From positions 8,494,001-8,558,000 of the forward strand of contig CM102287.1 in assembly GCA_046563655.1 (NCBI GenBank): a stretch of 64,000 nucleotides of DNA, read 5' to 3'. The translations under genes were made by a program, and so were the position numbers. The notes under the pieces are model-generated. The model searched no databases. It worked only from the letters and a program-made list of their open reading frames with translations, and was not told the DNA's origin. This DNA comes from Yuukianura sp. NJ FZ-2021 (taxonomy: Eukaryota). Below, in pieces: positions 12,518-25,400 of this stretch (its first letter is position 1; each line of letters starts with the position of its first letter).

Positions 12518-12615
12518 AGGTCACTCCTGAGGTCATTCGACCAACTGGGCAGGTCAAGTACTCCGTCTTTTAGTAAATGGTCGGTAGACAGAGGTCAGTG
12601 ACCTGGTTCAGGTCA
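12518..12615. promoter_or_regulatory. Cluster of nuclear-receptor half-sites including a perfect IR1 (EcR/USP-type element)
   Basis: AGGTCA at 12518, 12530, 12551, 12592 and 12610. AGGTCAgTGACCT at 12592-12604. Confidence 0.6.
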
Positions 12616-13073
12616 AGGAGCTACAAAAACTGGCGGTTCAAGCATAGCATAGCACGCCCAGAAGGATTAAGGAGCCCGGACGCTCGTTTTGTTGTTTTAA
12701 AACTGAAAGGCATCTCTTCATATGAACAAGATCGCGGCACATGTTTTTACAGCTTCATAAGATCCATGTCGTAGAGGAGCCAAAAATTTCAAGAGGTTCA
12801 AAAACTTTAAAAGAAATGTTGTTTAAAAAATTAGGTGGTTCGTTCAACTCTTGTGTTCATTGAAAAAGTAAAGTGCATAGGATAAGTTTGATAGGGCGGA
12901 AGTCGGTTTGAGCCTTAAGTTGACTGAGTTTTGCGAAATCCTTGCCACATCCGTTGCTCTTTTTGAACGTCCTGGAAAATGTTTTTCTATTATGAAAAAC
13001 TTTTTGACTTATTTTTTCAAAGTTGTTGAAACTCATGATGATCAAATATGCTTAGTGTTTGCTAATTTTTGGA

Positions 13074-13086
13074 AGGTCAGGGGTCA
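13074..13086 (+). promoter_or_regulatory. DR1 nuclear-receptor element
   Basis: AGGTCAgGGGTCA, with another AGGTCA at 13100. Confidence 0.45.
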
Positions 13087-14422
13087 GACGGCGTCGGTTA
13101 GGTCAAGACGAGCTGAAAGTTTTGTTTTTATGTTAGGTTTAGGTGTGTTTTTCCCTTGTAAGAAGTTAGCATGTGAAGATGATTTTGTGGGGGTGGACGT
13201 GGATGTGTTTTTTCTTTTTGGATATAAGGAAATAGTGTTGTAAGAAACTAAAAATTATTTTTAGAATCTTGACTTTGGCATCTTCTTCCTCCTAAGATTG
13301 AATTTTTGTGAGGTACTGTGCTGCAGAACAGACAGAGGAAGTGAAACTTCAGTTTGCTTTTGCGGTATTTCTAGGAACGGGATTCACTACCACAAAAAAT
13401 ATGAAGTTTTAAAGTTCAGTTTTATCAAAAAAATATTTTCACTTTACTTTCACTCAAATCCTTGTTTACTAAACTTTAGTTTAAAAAACACTAAATTATG
13501 AAAATGTTGATAAAAAGATTTTTTGTTCAAAATTTTTATAAAAAAAGTCGATAATTTAATGTTACACCTTCACGATTGCAGTTTCTTGTTGAAATACTAC
13601 AAAACAATGCTTACCTCATTTTTTTTAGTTTTGACTTAGGTAGGCTACTTAACTTTGGATGATTTGAGCAAAAGAACAATGAAGTTAGGCGATTGAATTA
13701 TGGGTGTATGACAGAATGCGTAAATTGCGTATGGAACTGGACGTGTAAATTGCGTGGGAGTTGATAAAATGCGTGTTTTGAATAAGGAAGTGCATCTCTT
13801 ATGCCGTTCCATTGTGGATTAATGGATCTTGAGATTATGAATGAAGATCATCGGCAAATTGCAGTCTGTAATTTCTTCCTTTCGTTACACTTAATTCTAA
13901 GATCAGTTGTTGAGGTGTGGTCACCCAAAGGCTCTCCAATGAATCAATCCACACACGTAGTTACTTCCTCTGAAAAAGTTAGGTTTGCACTTAACATTAA
14001 GCGGCATGTGGAAGGGGCGTTTGAGTTCAAAATCAAATAGTTATGGACATGAATATTTTAATAACACGCACCACCGCCAAAATTTTAGTACTTTCATCTC
14101 GTTCCGTAGTAAAACGTCTATTGTTTGATGAGATCTTATAACTCATAGTCTTTAAAGATATGTTTGGCATAGTATAGGTTGTAGTACAGTGTGGAATGGT
14201 CCATTGTTTGCATCTTCATCTGGCATCACATCTGTAGAGACTTCCTTGTAAGGCCTAATGCATCTTAAGAACTCCCACACTCTAGTATCCAAAAAGTACA
14301 TAGAAGATGGAGGGATATGCTGTGCCTTTAATTCTTTTTAGTAAGCATTCCATTCTGTCTTGGGTTTCAAAGAAAATGAAAATTCACGCTAAGGTTTTAA
14401 TTGGTGTCGACGTGGAGTAGGG

Positions 14423-14436
14423 AGGTCACGAGGTCA
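14423..14436 (+). promoter_or_regulatory. Perfect DR2 nuclear-receptor element
   Basis: AGGTCAcgAGGTCA. Confidence 0.5.
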
Positions 14437-17048
14437 ATGCATCGTCAGCACTTTTGAAAATTAAAAAATTGTGAACAGCTTGTCAAAAAAGTAGAAGCGA
14501 AAGTCATTTTCGATTGTGAGAGTTGCAGAGATGCAATTGTTTAAAAAAATGAGTTACGCAATCACTAAAAGATGAATATGAAATCGGAAATGAATGAGAT
14601 GAGTCACGGAAGACAATAAAAATGTAGACAATGACGACATGTCACATTTTATGACAACTCATTTCCAAATTTCGAAATTTAACTTTGATACCTTGTTAAT
14701 TTAAAATTACACAAAATTTTGAGAAAGTTTCATACAAGAATGTTTTAGGTTGCAGTTTGTGCTTCCACAAATTTTTCTTTTTGTTCGAAAAGTTTTTTTT
14801 TGAAATGTTGAGATTGTAAGTGAAAGTCTGGATGGAAAGTATAAGTGAATTAAGAAATTAGTTTCGCTAGGCCTGTCAAGCCTTAATGAAAACAGAGGAA
14901 TCGGAGAGTTTAGCACTTCCACCACCAGCATCAGCAGCAGTTAGAATCCTTTTAATTTGATTGGTTCCCTGGACCTACGTTGTACTTTGTACAAAATGCT
15001 GCCAGTAGCTTTCAGCTTCCATTTTTTGTACAAAGTGTAGGATTCGGATTATTCGGAGATGTTCTTCATCCGAATCCGACAGACGAAGAAGATTAGCCAT
15101 CCGAATCCATTCCCCTAATGGAACCCAAAGTCCAAAAAATAACAAATCATAATTCTCACTTTCTCCTTCAAAGCACTTGCTTACAATTTCAAAATTCAAA
15201 ATTTCAAAATAGGCAGCTCCCGTTTTTAAACTTTTTGAATACATTTTCAAATTCGGAACTTAATTGTGTGGATGATCCATTTACACAAAAAAGATGCACT
15301 TTGTTGAAGAGAAAGTTTTGATAGCTGAGAGGAGGGGAGACAGGGACTCTCCGCAGTGTAATTTACGACTATCTTTTCATTTCTGTCAGATTTGTACAAA
15401 AAATGGTCCATTTTGAATCAGTAGTTTTGAAAAGGGAGAGATGCTGAGTTGGGTTACACTTATTTTATGTTTTTAGAACATGTAAAGTTATGGGAAAATT
15501 ATGTATACATTCAGTTGCAGGAAAAGGAGAGAGAAAAAACGAAAAAAGTTTTTTGAAAACTTTTCTTTTTTTGAGAGAGATGAAAGTAAAACGGAAACAT
15601 TTGAAGGGAGACAACTTCCAATTTTTTTCTTGTGAAGTTGTATTTCATTCTACGCCGTTTCCGGTCGGTTCTCTCCGAATCGGTTTTTCGGATTTTGATG
15701 ACACCGGAAGAAAATCTGGATTTGCCATTACAAACATTTTTACAACTCGCTTTTAGTTTAAGAATCTTCCGAAACACGCTCCAGATTCAAACGGAATTGA
15801 AAAAATTCTGCTCTTTCCTACTAAGGTTGAAGCCTGCAATGTTATGAAGGAAGCGAGAAGGCAAATTTACAAAATTGAAAAATATTTTTCATCAAATTTT
15901 CTTTGAAATTTTTCAAATTTCAAATTTTGAAGAATTTTGGAAGCGTAAACGTAATTTGAAACTGCTTTTGAAACAATTTTGTTTAATTTAGACGCCAGTT
16001 GAACTTTTAATTTTATAGGATAGGCAAATTCTCATGTGAAAAACGGCTGTTTTTCCCTGTGTATTTTTCCTATCTCGTTCTCTATCTCGCTTAATGCTTT
16101 TTTGTTGGACCAATCAGAATCGTCCATTAAAATTATTCGAGTCCACGTAAACTTCCATATGCCAAAAAGTTAATTTTTTATGTGGCGTCTACCTTATTTC
16201 TAAATTGCAATTTATTTTATCTTATTTCGAAATTTGAAAACCTGATTGATTTTCAAAGAGTTGTCCTAAAAATTAAACTGAGGTGTCAAAATTTATAAAA
16301 AACCAGAGCTCCATGGACCATAGAGTCTATGGTTGATTCAAAAACATTTTTCAAAAGTAAATTTTGGTTCAAATGGTTAGGATGTGATTTGGAAAATGAA
16401 AAATTTTCATTTTTGTAGCAACTCATCACAAAAACAGAGAGTAGTTTAACTCTGATGACTAAAAAGATAGGAAATGACGAGGAAAATTTCTTCCCTCTTT
16501 TCAAAACTTTTCTTTCGAAGCAACAACGCCCTCACTTGAAGTTTACTTTGTATCCATAAAATGGTTACAAATGGTTACGCTATCAGGTTGTAAGAAACCA
16601 ATTTCTGGAAAAGTTACTACTTTTATCAGTAACGGAAATCAGCTGACTCATACTTCTGTTTTCACAGCAATCTATTCTTGACATCGTTTCTTGTTAACAG
16701 TTACAGTAACAGCGCGGTCGGTAGTAGTCTCTCGGGACATGTCCAGTGTAGTACTCGTTCAACCACTCTTCTCGTCCTGGAAGATCACATTTTTGAAAAA
16801 AAAAATACAAATTTTATTGTTCAAATTCTCAAATTTTAAATTCAAAATGTTCAAATTTTAGAATTTGGATGTTCGAATTCGGAAACTTACGGTAAATCCG
16901 CAAGTCAATGCAGGGCTTCAAGAAATTGCACTGCGGCCATCTTTTTTCGCGCCCATGATTCATACGGCGTCTGGAAGTGAAAGCATCACATTAAAAACTC
17001 CATAACGCCACGATTCACTTGAAGTATACAGCAATTTTTTTTTGAAAA

Positions 17049-17061
17049 AGGTCAAAGGTCA
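17049..17061 (+). promoter_or_regulatory. Perfect DR1 nuclear-receptor element
   Basis: AGGTCAaAGGTCA. A near copy, AGGTCAaAGGTTA, is at 19140-19152. Confidence 0.5.
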
Positions 17062-19408
17062 ATGTCAGCTTATTTACCCTCTCCAGCAGTCAGCATTTGA
17101 TTTGAGGTCAGGGCATCCTAAATTCCCGAACCCCATTGGTGGACAACAAAATGGCGGCGGAATCGGTGGACAGCAGCAGTTTCCATTGTTAGCCATAATT
17201 TTTACCGAAATCAGTTCCTGTCCCTAAATTTAGAATTTAGAAAAAAGCGGGTACCTGGTCGTGACGCTGCTGCTTCTGCTGCAAGCTTTTCAAAATTTTG
17301 GATTTTGGAAACTCCGGAATATTCAAAAACCGAAGCTTGTACCGAAGCATGTTATTCACCGCAGCCTAATCCATGTATTGTCGCCATGGCAGCAACATTA
17401 GTACAGAAAGGTTAGGTTGGGTGCATTCATGTATTATAAACTCGTTCGCACTGAAATAAAATATATTTGATAAGGTTCCATTTTTTTACAATAATATATT
17501 ACATATGTTAAATCCAAATTTTGAAACATAGGTACTTGTGTCTGACTAATCAAAACCACTAATTTTGCATAAGAACAAGAACTTTTATACACATAAAATA
17601 TGTATAAAGTAATACAAAAGAATTTAAAAGTGTATAAAAAGTGTGTCTTTTCTTTGATGTAAAGTGTGTAATTTGTTTGATACACTGTATAAAGTGTATA
17701 ATTTCTTTGATGAGGTAGAAAATGAGTTTCAGTTGACTCGTGTTTATTGGAGCTCTTGGAAGAAAGTATTCAAGTGAAAGGCGTCTGGGTGAAAGTTTTG
17801 TTCAGATTTTATGAAGCGTAAGGGAAAGCACAGGGAAGGGAGATGTTTGGATCTTCAATTTTTCGTTGGCTCGTCTTTTGTTATTTTTTCAGATAAAATT
17901 CATTTGAGGCAGAAGATAATTGTGAAGATAGAGGAAGAGTGGAGATGGAGATCTTATAGTTATAAAGTAATTCTGGAGATGCTGGGGAGAGATCTGACTG
18001 TGATGAACAAGAGGGAAAGTGGAAAAAGGCAATTCAGTGGAATGGAGAATTTCTTTAACAGTTTTATTGCTCCAGCGTACAGTTTGATAAAAACGAAAAA
18101 AAAACTTCCAGTTTCGAAAAAAAATTGGAGTTTCGTAAAAAACTTCCCGTTTGGAATAGCGTTAAGCACAAGGAAAAAGGAATTTGTCAAAAGTTGAATT
18201 GACATGGAGGAGGAAAGTGCGGATTCGGCTGGCGCCAGCAAGTCGCCTCTGACGACAAATGGATTGAACGGCACTTTCACTGCTTTCACCGCCGCCACGG
18301 TGTCTGGCAGGGGTTGGGCTTAGTGGAGACTACTGACTCCGCCCAGTTTTAGGTTGTGCCTGTAGTTAGTTTAAAAACTTAGCCAACCTTACCTCTTGTT
18401 AGCAGCTTAACGTTAGGTTTGAAAATCCGAAAGCAGCAGTAGAGTGAACATTGGATATCGTTTTGTTTGGAAGGATTTTCAGACAGTCTGAGACTTGAAG
18501 CAGTCGAGTGCGAACGGAGTTGACTTTCACTGCTTTCTCTCCAGTTAGGTTATGGCCTTAGAACGGTTGAAGTCTAACGAAATACTAGAGACAATAATTG
18601 ATAAGTATCAGGGTAATCCAAAGGCTAAAGTCCAACAGCAGTACAACACTTGTAATACAGATCGGCCTCCTCCAAGATATTTTTGACCTAAACTGTAATT
18701 CAATACGTTTTACGAATTCATAAGTTAAAACTTTTGATACTTACAATTTTGAGCCAGAAATTTAGACACAAAATGATTGTCTAATCGTCAGATTTTCATA
18801 ATAAGTAGAAAGTCTTTGATGCTTGAAAGAAGATCTAGTAATTGTTTGCAGATTAATTCGTTTACAAGTTACCGAATTTTTTGACTTTTTGAAAAAAAAG
18901 TGAAAATATCCCAGTAATTTCAGTAAAGTTTAACACAAGTCTATTAGTTAAACTCCGTATGAAATTTCTCGGCTTTTATCCCACGTTTGTCAAAGTTTTT
19001 TTCAAAGGTTCTGGTTCATACGTAACTGCCTTGCAATCACCCTTTTTCCATAAACTATCAGTAGAACTGATTATTATTATAATATTAATGAATAAACTAA
19101 TTAAAGTTAATCCTTGTTTATTATGTTTTTGCAGAGGGAAGGTCAAAGGTTAAAAGTTTTAACCGAGAAATCGATGAAAAATCGTCTCTGAAAAAGCGGA
19201 CCAATTTGAACACACTTTTCCCGCTGGATTTCAACTCGTGAGAAAAGTAAATAAACATTTTTTTTAGTTTATTTTTTGCTGAATTCTTTCAATCTTCCTT
19301 GTTAATTTGGAAGATTCATCATTTTCTTGGGTATTTGGGTTGGAATTGAACTTTTGTGGGTAAGGATTAATTAATTAAGTCGATTAATTGCTACTATTTA
19401 AGGAAGCT

Positions 19409-22400
19409 ATGGCCTTGTCATTGCGAATGCAAATCATGGAAAAGAGTGTTACGAAGACTCTTCAATTTGACCCCTCCACTACAGTATTTGACGCTTGCAA
19501 AATTATTAGAGATAAATGTTCAGAGCTTCCGGATTTGGGACAACGTAAGTTCATTTTCCGTATTCAATATTACTTGATCTGTGGTAAATTTGGCTTGTCA
19601 AAAGTGTAACGTGTGACATGAGATAGACAAGGAATTGAAAGTGAATGTTTGTTTGTTTGAACATGTTCCAGCAAAGGACTATGGCCTGTTTCTGCCTGGA
19701 GAGATTTATGGAAGTGGGGCGTGGCTGGAGCCAGGGAAAACACTTGACTACTACCTTCTTCGAAATGGAGATACGATTGAGTACCGGAGGAAGATCAGGA
19801 CGTTACGAGTCAGAACGTTGGATGGAGTTCATAAGACGTTGCTTGTAGATGATAGTCAAGTCGTTTCGAATCTAATGGTGGTCATCTGTACAAAAATGGG
19901 TATGTCAATCGTTGTAATTTGTTCCATGTATAATGCCTGACTTGATAGCATGCTTAACATAAAGCAGTGTAATGTTTCTCTTTCTGGACTCATTTACGGT
20001 CCACTGCTGCTATAAGAAATTGCCACAAATTCAACAACTGGTGACGTTGCTGTAGACCATGATTTCACATGTAATTTTGTTATGTGACGTTTAGGTATAA
20101 CAAACCATGATGAATTCAGTTTGGTGCGTGAACTTCCAGAGGAGAATGATACCATGAAGGAGAATTATGGCACGTTAACCTTGCGACGGAAGAAGGAAGA
20201 AAGGGAAAAAGATGCCAAAATGGACCAACTACGCAAGAAATTAAAAACTGACGACGAGAGTAAGAAATTAATTGTTTACATACCAAAAAGAGAGCAGGCG
20301 TAGAAGCTAATCTTATGAAGTAACATGTTGTACTTCCTTTTTTAGTCAATTGGGTTGACCATACAAAAACACTTCGGGAACAAGGAATTGAAGAAGGCGA
20401 AGTACTCCTGCTGCGTCGAAAATATTTCTTCTCTGACCAAAACATTGACTCGCATGATCCTGTCCAACTAAATCTTCTCTACGTACAAGCAAGAGATGCA
20501 ATTCTGGATGGAACTCATCCGGTGACACAAGATAAGGCCTGTGAATTTGCTGGAGTGCAATGTCAGATTCAATTTGGTGACTACAATCAGCAAAAACATC
20601 GTCCGGGATATCTTGAGTGAGTAACATTATCTCTCATTCCAAAATTCTGCCGTTTTTAGTTTCACTTCTTTTACTAAACGATTTTAAACTTTCAGCCTCA
20701 AGGATTTCCTGCCGGTTTCCTACATTAAGAACAAGGGAATCGAGAAGAAGATTTTCTCTGAACATCGAAAACACGCCGGACTTTCCGAATTGGACTCTAA
20801 GGCTTTGTATGCCAAGAATGCTCGAGCACTTGACACATACGGTGTGACGTTCTTCCTCGTCAAGGAGAAGATGCCTGGGAAGAACAAATTGGTTCCGCGG
20901 CTTCTTGGGGTTACGAAAGATTCGGTCTTGCGTTTGGATGAAAGAACAAAGGAAATATTGAAAACATGGCCGCTGACAACTGTCAGACGCTGGGCGGCCT
21001 CTCCAAATACTTTCACTCTTGACTTCGGTGACTATTCTGACCAGTACTACAGTGTACAAACTCCGGAAGTAAGCTATTCACATTCTTAACACAATTTAGC
21101 CATATGATGTCAATTTTAAAATTAATGTCTTTCTTTTTCACGTGTCAGGGCGAGCAAATTGCACAACTCATTGCGGGATACATCGACATCATTTTGAAAA
21201 AGGTAGTACATCCATATTAAAATGCTGGGCAGGAAAACATCAAATCTCAACTAATAATTGTTATGTCGAATTCAGAAACAAGCCAAAGATCATCTGGGAA
21301 TTGAAGGAGACGAGGGTTCATCGCTTACTGAAGGTAAGATTTTCCATCTAAACAGCTGATTTGCCAAAAATAACTAACATCAATCGTTCCTTCAAGTACT
21401 TCAAGCCCATCATCTTCTTTTCAGAAATTGTCAGCCCGTTTCAAGCGACGACAGTCCAGCGTCAAACAACTGCCAAGCCGCAACCGCTTGTCACTGACTC
21501 CGTAGCGAAACCAGCCATCATTCAAAGCGCACCGGAAGGTAAGCACAGTTTTTATGAAGATTTAGTTTAGCCAACGCTTCTCTTTAGTTGACAGCTTTGG
21601 ACTCTGTAGGAATAAATACGATCCAGACGGGTCACTTACAACGTGAGCAGTATACGACTACGCGAGGACAATTTGATGTGGCGCATAGTCCGCAGCCTTC
21701 GGTAAGAACTTTAAAGTCTCAGTCAAATCAGCACTGACCACTGCAGCGGTTATCAATTCGTGTACTCTAAATTAATTGAATCCAATCGGCAATTTAACAA
21801 ACAAATGCATGGCTGATTGGCTGAGGCTACTTGAACAATTTACCCTAAAATACTTTCTTTGTCTTTCTTCCCTTCTGCTTTCTCTCTCGGAATCATTCGG
21901 AACCGTCCGATCTTAACAGGCAAAGTACGATTAACAATCTCTTAATTGTTTAATTTCAATGCCAATTAAGTTAATGAATTGCGAGGTGTAGGTTTCTACT
22001 GCTGTGTGTAGTTTTGCGTCATCAATGTACCAAACAATTTATTGCGTTTTTTAAAAAGCAAAACACGTTTTTTTCCCAATAAATTCTTACTTTATTTTTG
22101 TTATTTCAGATTCAGCGAGTCCATCATACAGAGACGATGTCAAGAACTCAGCGCAGTATTTTGAGTGGACAGGATGCAATTGTGAAGTCTCAAGAGTACT
22201 TGGACACTCCGCTGAATCTGCCACCACTTGGAGATGACAAGGTAAAGTTGTACAGACTATCATACAGCCGCCACACGCAGTTTCGCTGAGCAAAAATCCT
22301 TGTCGCACGCTCATTTTCTGCCTGACATGACATACACTTTCAGTTTTGGAAAAATTGACAAGATTTTACAATTTTTGATTTACAAATCAAAACTACTTTT

Positions 22401-25400
22401 CATTAACTCACTCACCCCGATTTAAATTTTATTTTAATTCAAAATATTCAAAATGTGAAAAACAAAGCATTTCAAAACGCACATTGTGAATATATGCGTA
22501 AACTTTTATATTTTTCTAACCCAGTAACATTTTTAGCAAATGAATTTTTTTAAAATTTTGTAACTCCCGTTTTAATTTGGAATAAAAGTTCCATACGATG
22601 ATGGGTTAATGGGAAATGGATTTGATTTTTATATCAACTGTTGTGCACTCACGTTTCGCACGTTTCATGTCATGTATCAGTTCTGTGTTGTTATTTGTGA
22701 TGATACTACTGTTGCTTTTGCAAAGTTGCTTTAATTTGGTAATGTGAAAAAATCTGAGTGTTTTATTCGGGAGAGTTGGTTTTTTGAGGAAGATTTGCCT
22801 GGATATGTTACACAGGCCTCACAAAAATGGAAGGAAACGACATTGGATACGAAGAAGCAGAATGTGCAGACTCAAATTGCAGCGATGAGCTCATCTGTGG
22901 CTCATATGGTGTCCATTACCTCAACGGAAGAAGTAGATGCCAATGGAACGGCCGTTGACGAAACTGTTCAAGCCATATCGTCAGGCCTGCCAGAAGTTGC
23001 AAAGGACATGCGCATGTTGGCTGCTCTGATGGACGATAGTGGAGAGAAACTGATCGATGCTACGAAGAAGCTCTGTGCGGCCTTTTCCAATCTACTCACT
23101 GCTGCTGACCCAAGCACCAAAGAGGTACGGATCAGATTCAGAAGTGTCATAATTCATAACTTTGACGTACTAATTGGTGAGTCTGTAATTAATATGTCAT
23201 GTTCTCTGTTTCTCTTGCAGCCTCGACAGAATTTGCTGAGTGCGGCCGGAAGAGTCGGTGATGCGAGTCGTGTTCTTCTGAGTACGATTGATGAAGGGGA
23301 TGAGAGTCAGGAACTTCTGCTGGGATTGGCCAAGGGTGTGGCAAATTCGGCTGCCAAGTTGGTTGTTCAAGCCAAACAGTGTTCAACCACTACGGACGAT
23401 CTCCAGGAACGAGAAGCAATCATACAGTCGGCAGCACATGCTGCTCTCAGTGCCTCGGAACTAGTCGCTTGTGCAAAAGTTGTTGCTCCAACGGTAAGCA
23501 AAATTGAAATGAAATTAAAAAAAGTAGTTGGAAATTGAAAAGTTTAAAAGTACATGAGTTTTGTAACTTTTTTTTTGTGGTACTTGCAGATTCAAAATGA
23601 CAAATGTCGAAGCGAGCTGATGAGTGCAACACGAAAGGTTGCCCAAGCCGTGGAAGCGGTCCTCAATGGTATCTTGATAACAGACTTTTCAAAATTAAAC
23701 ATTTTCAAATTTTGTCATAATTGTAAAATTTGAAACATTTTTCTTATGTTTCAGCATGTAATGCTTCATCGGCTGACAAAAACCTCAAGGGTGATCTGCA
23801 CGGAGCAGCTCGCGAGGTCTCGGATTCGTTGAATAGACTTCTTGACCATATCCGGTTAGTGTGAACCCAAAATTTAAAACACAAAAACGTTGAAGTTTTT
23901 TTTAGATTCTGATTTTTTAAATTTTTTAAATTATTGTTGAATTACTTGTGTTTGTAGGCCGGCAGCACGGATTTCGGCTCATGAAAACATTCAAGAGGGA
24001 GCTGTTGACACGATTCTTGTAGCGACAGACAAGATCATGACGAGCGATGACTCTGCTGATATGGTCAAACAAGCGAGGATTTTGGCTCAAGCAACAGCCC
24101 AACTTATTCAAGCCATCAAAGGAGAAGCTGACAAAACACCAGACTCGGAACTTCAACAAAGGTTGATAGCTGCTGCGAAAGTATTGGCCGACGCAACTTC
24201 GAAGCTTGTAGAAGCTGCCAAATCCTGTGCTTCCAATCCACAACAATCTGGAAGCCAAGATCAATTACGACAAGCTGCCATAGATTTGCGAGAAGCTACG
24301 AACTTGGCTGCCGGCGGAGCTCTACAACGCAAATCCCTGCGACGACTTGAATCTTCGGCGAAGAATGCTGCTGCAGCAGCGGCTCAATGTATTGCCAGCA
24401 GCCAGTCGGCTGCAGCAGTATGTTCAAATGCCACAACGAAAGATGCGATGTCGTCGGATTGCCGGTAATTTAAACATTTTGGAGTAAAAAATTTAATAAT
24501 TGAGGACTTAAAATTATGTTTTATAATACAGAGCTGTTGCGGACACAATTCCAAAATTGGTCAGCGCTGTGAAAAGCTCTGTTCAAACAAGTGACGAGTC
24601 TTCACAGTTGAACTTGATTGAAGCCACGGAACGATTTATTGCTCCTTCCATGTCTCTTGTCACCACAACGAAAAATGCTTCAAGTTTCCTAGGAGACCCC
24701 AACGCTTCTCGTCATTTGTCTCAATGCTCACAAAAATTGGCTGTGGAATTGGTCGAGTTGAGAACAGCATTGGATAGAATGAAGTCTGACAGTGGCGTAC
24801 TCCATCCCGCCAAGCAAATGGAGTCAGCTGGACACAAAATTCGAGAAGCGAAAGAAGAAATCGTGGCTTGTCGAAAAGCAGCGGCAAGAAATGAACTTAG
24901 GCCATTGCCTGGTGATACGCCACAAAATGCAATCCAGAGGTATGCTGTTTTTAAAACTTTTTTCTTTTAAAAAATATTTGTTATAAAATTTTTAAAAAAT
25001 TCATTTTTATTGTAGGTTAACAATATGCATTCGCACCGTCTCATCTTGCAATGATCAGCTGCAGGATGCTGTCGTCAGCTCGGACTCCGCTAGAGCAACT
25101 TCCGTTGCCCAAGGAATGTCATCTGCTCTTAGTGATCTTGTTCAGGCATCAAGAGCAGTAGCAGCAACGAGCGGAGATCAGCGTGTTTTGAGTGCCACGG
25201 AAGAAACGCTGGAACGATGCTGGACATTGTTGAGAGAAAGTGGAATGCTCTTGTCTTCACCCGGTATGAGTCCAGAAGAGAGACAGGAAGCACTGCAGCC
25301 GCTTGGGCGAGGTGTACAGGAATCTCTACTTAAAATTCAAAACGCAATTCCTGGACAACGGGAGCTGGAAGAAGCGATTCAGAATATTACGGCTACTTCG

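Noticed and set aside
14150..14360. Stop-free minus-strand stretch (AQHIPPSSMYFLDTRVWEFLRC...)
   Set aside because: About 60 codons bounded by stops, with no recognisable family or splice partners. A transposon remnant cannot be excluded without a search.
17811..18298. Overlapping 128-aa (+) and 112-aa (-) ORFs
   Set aside because: Driven by A/T runs with no domain resemblance. Likely talin 5' UTR or intron sequence.
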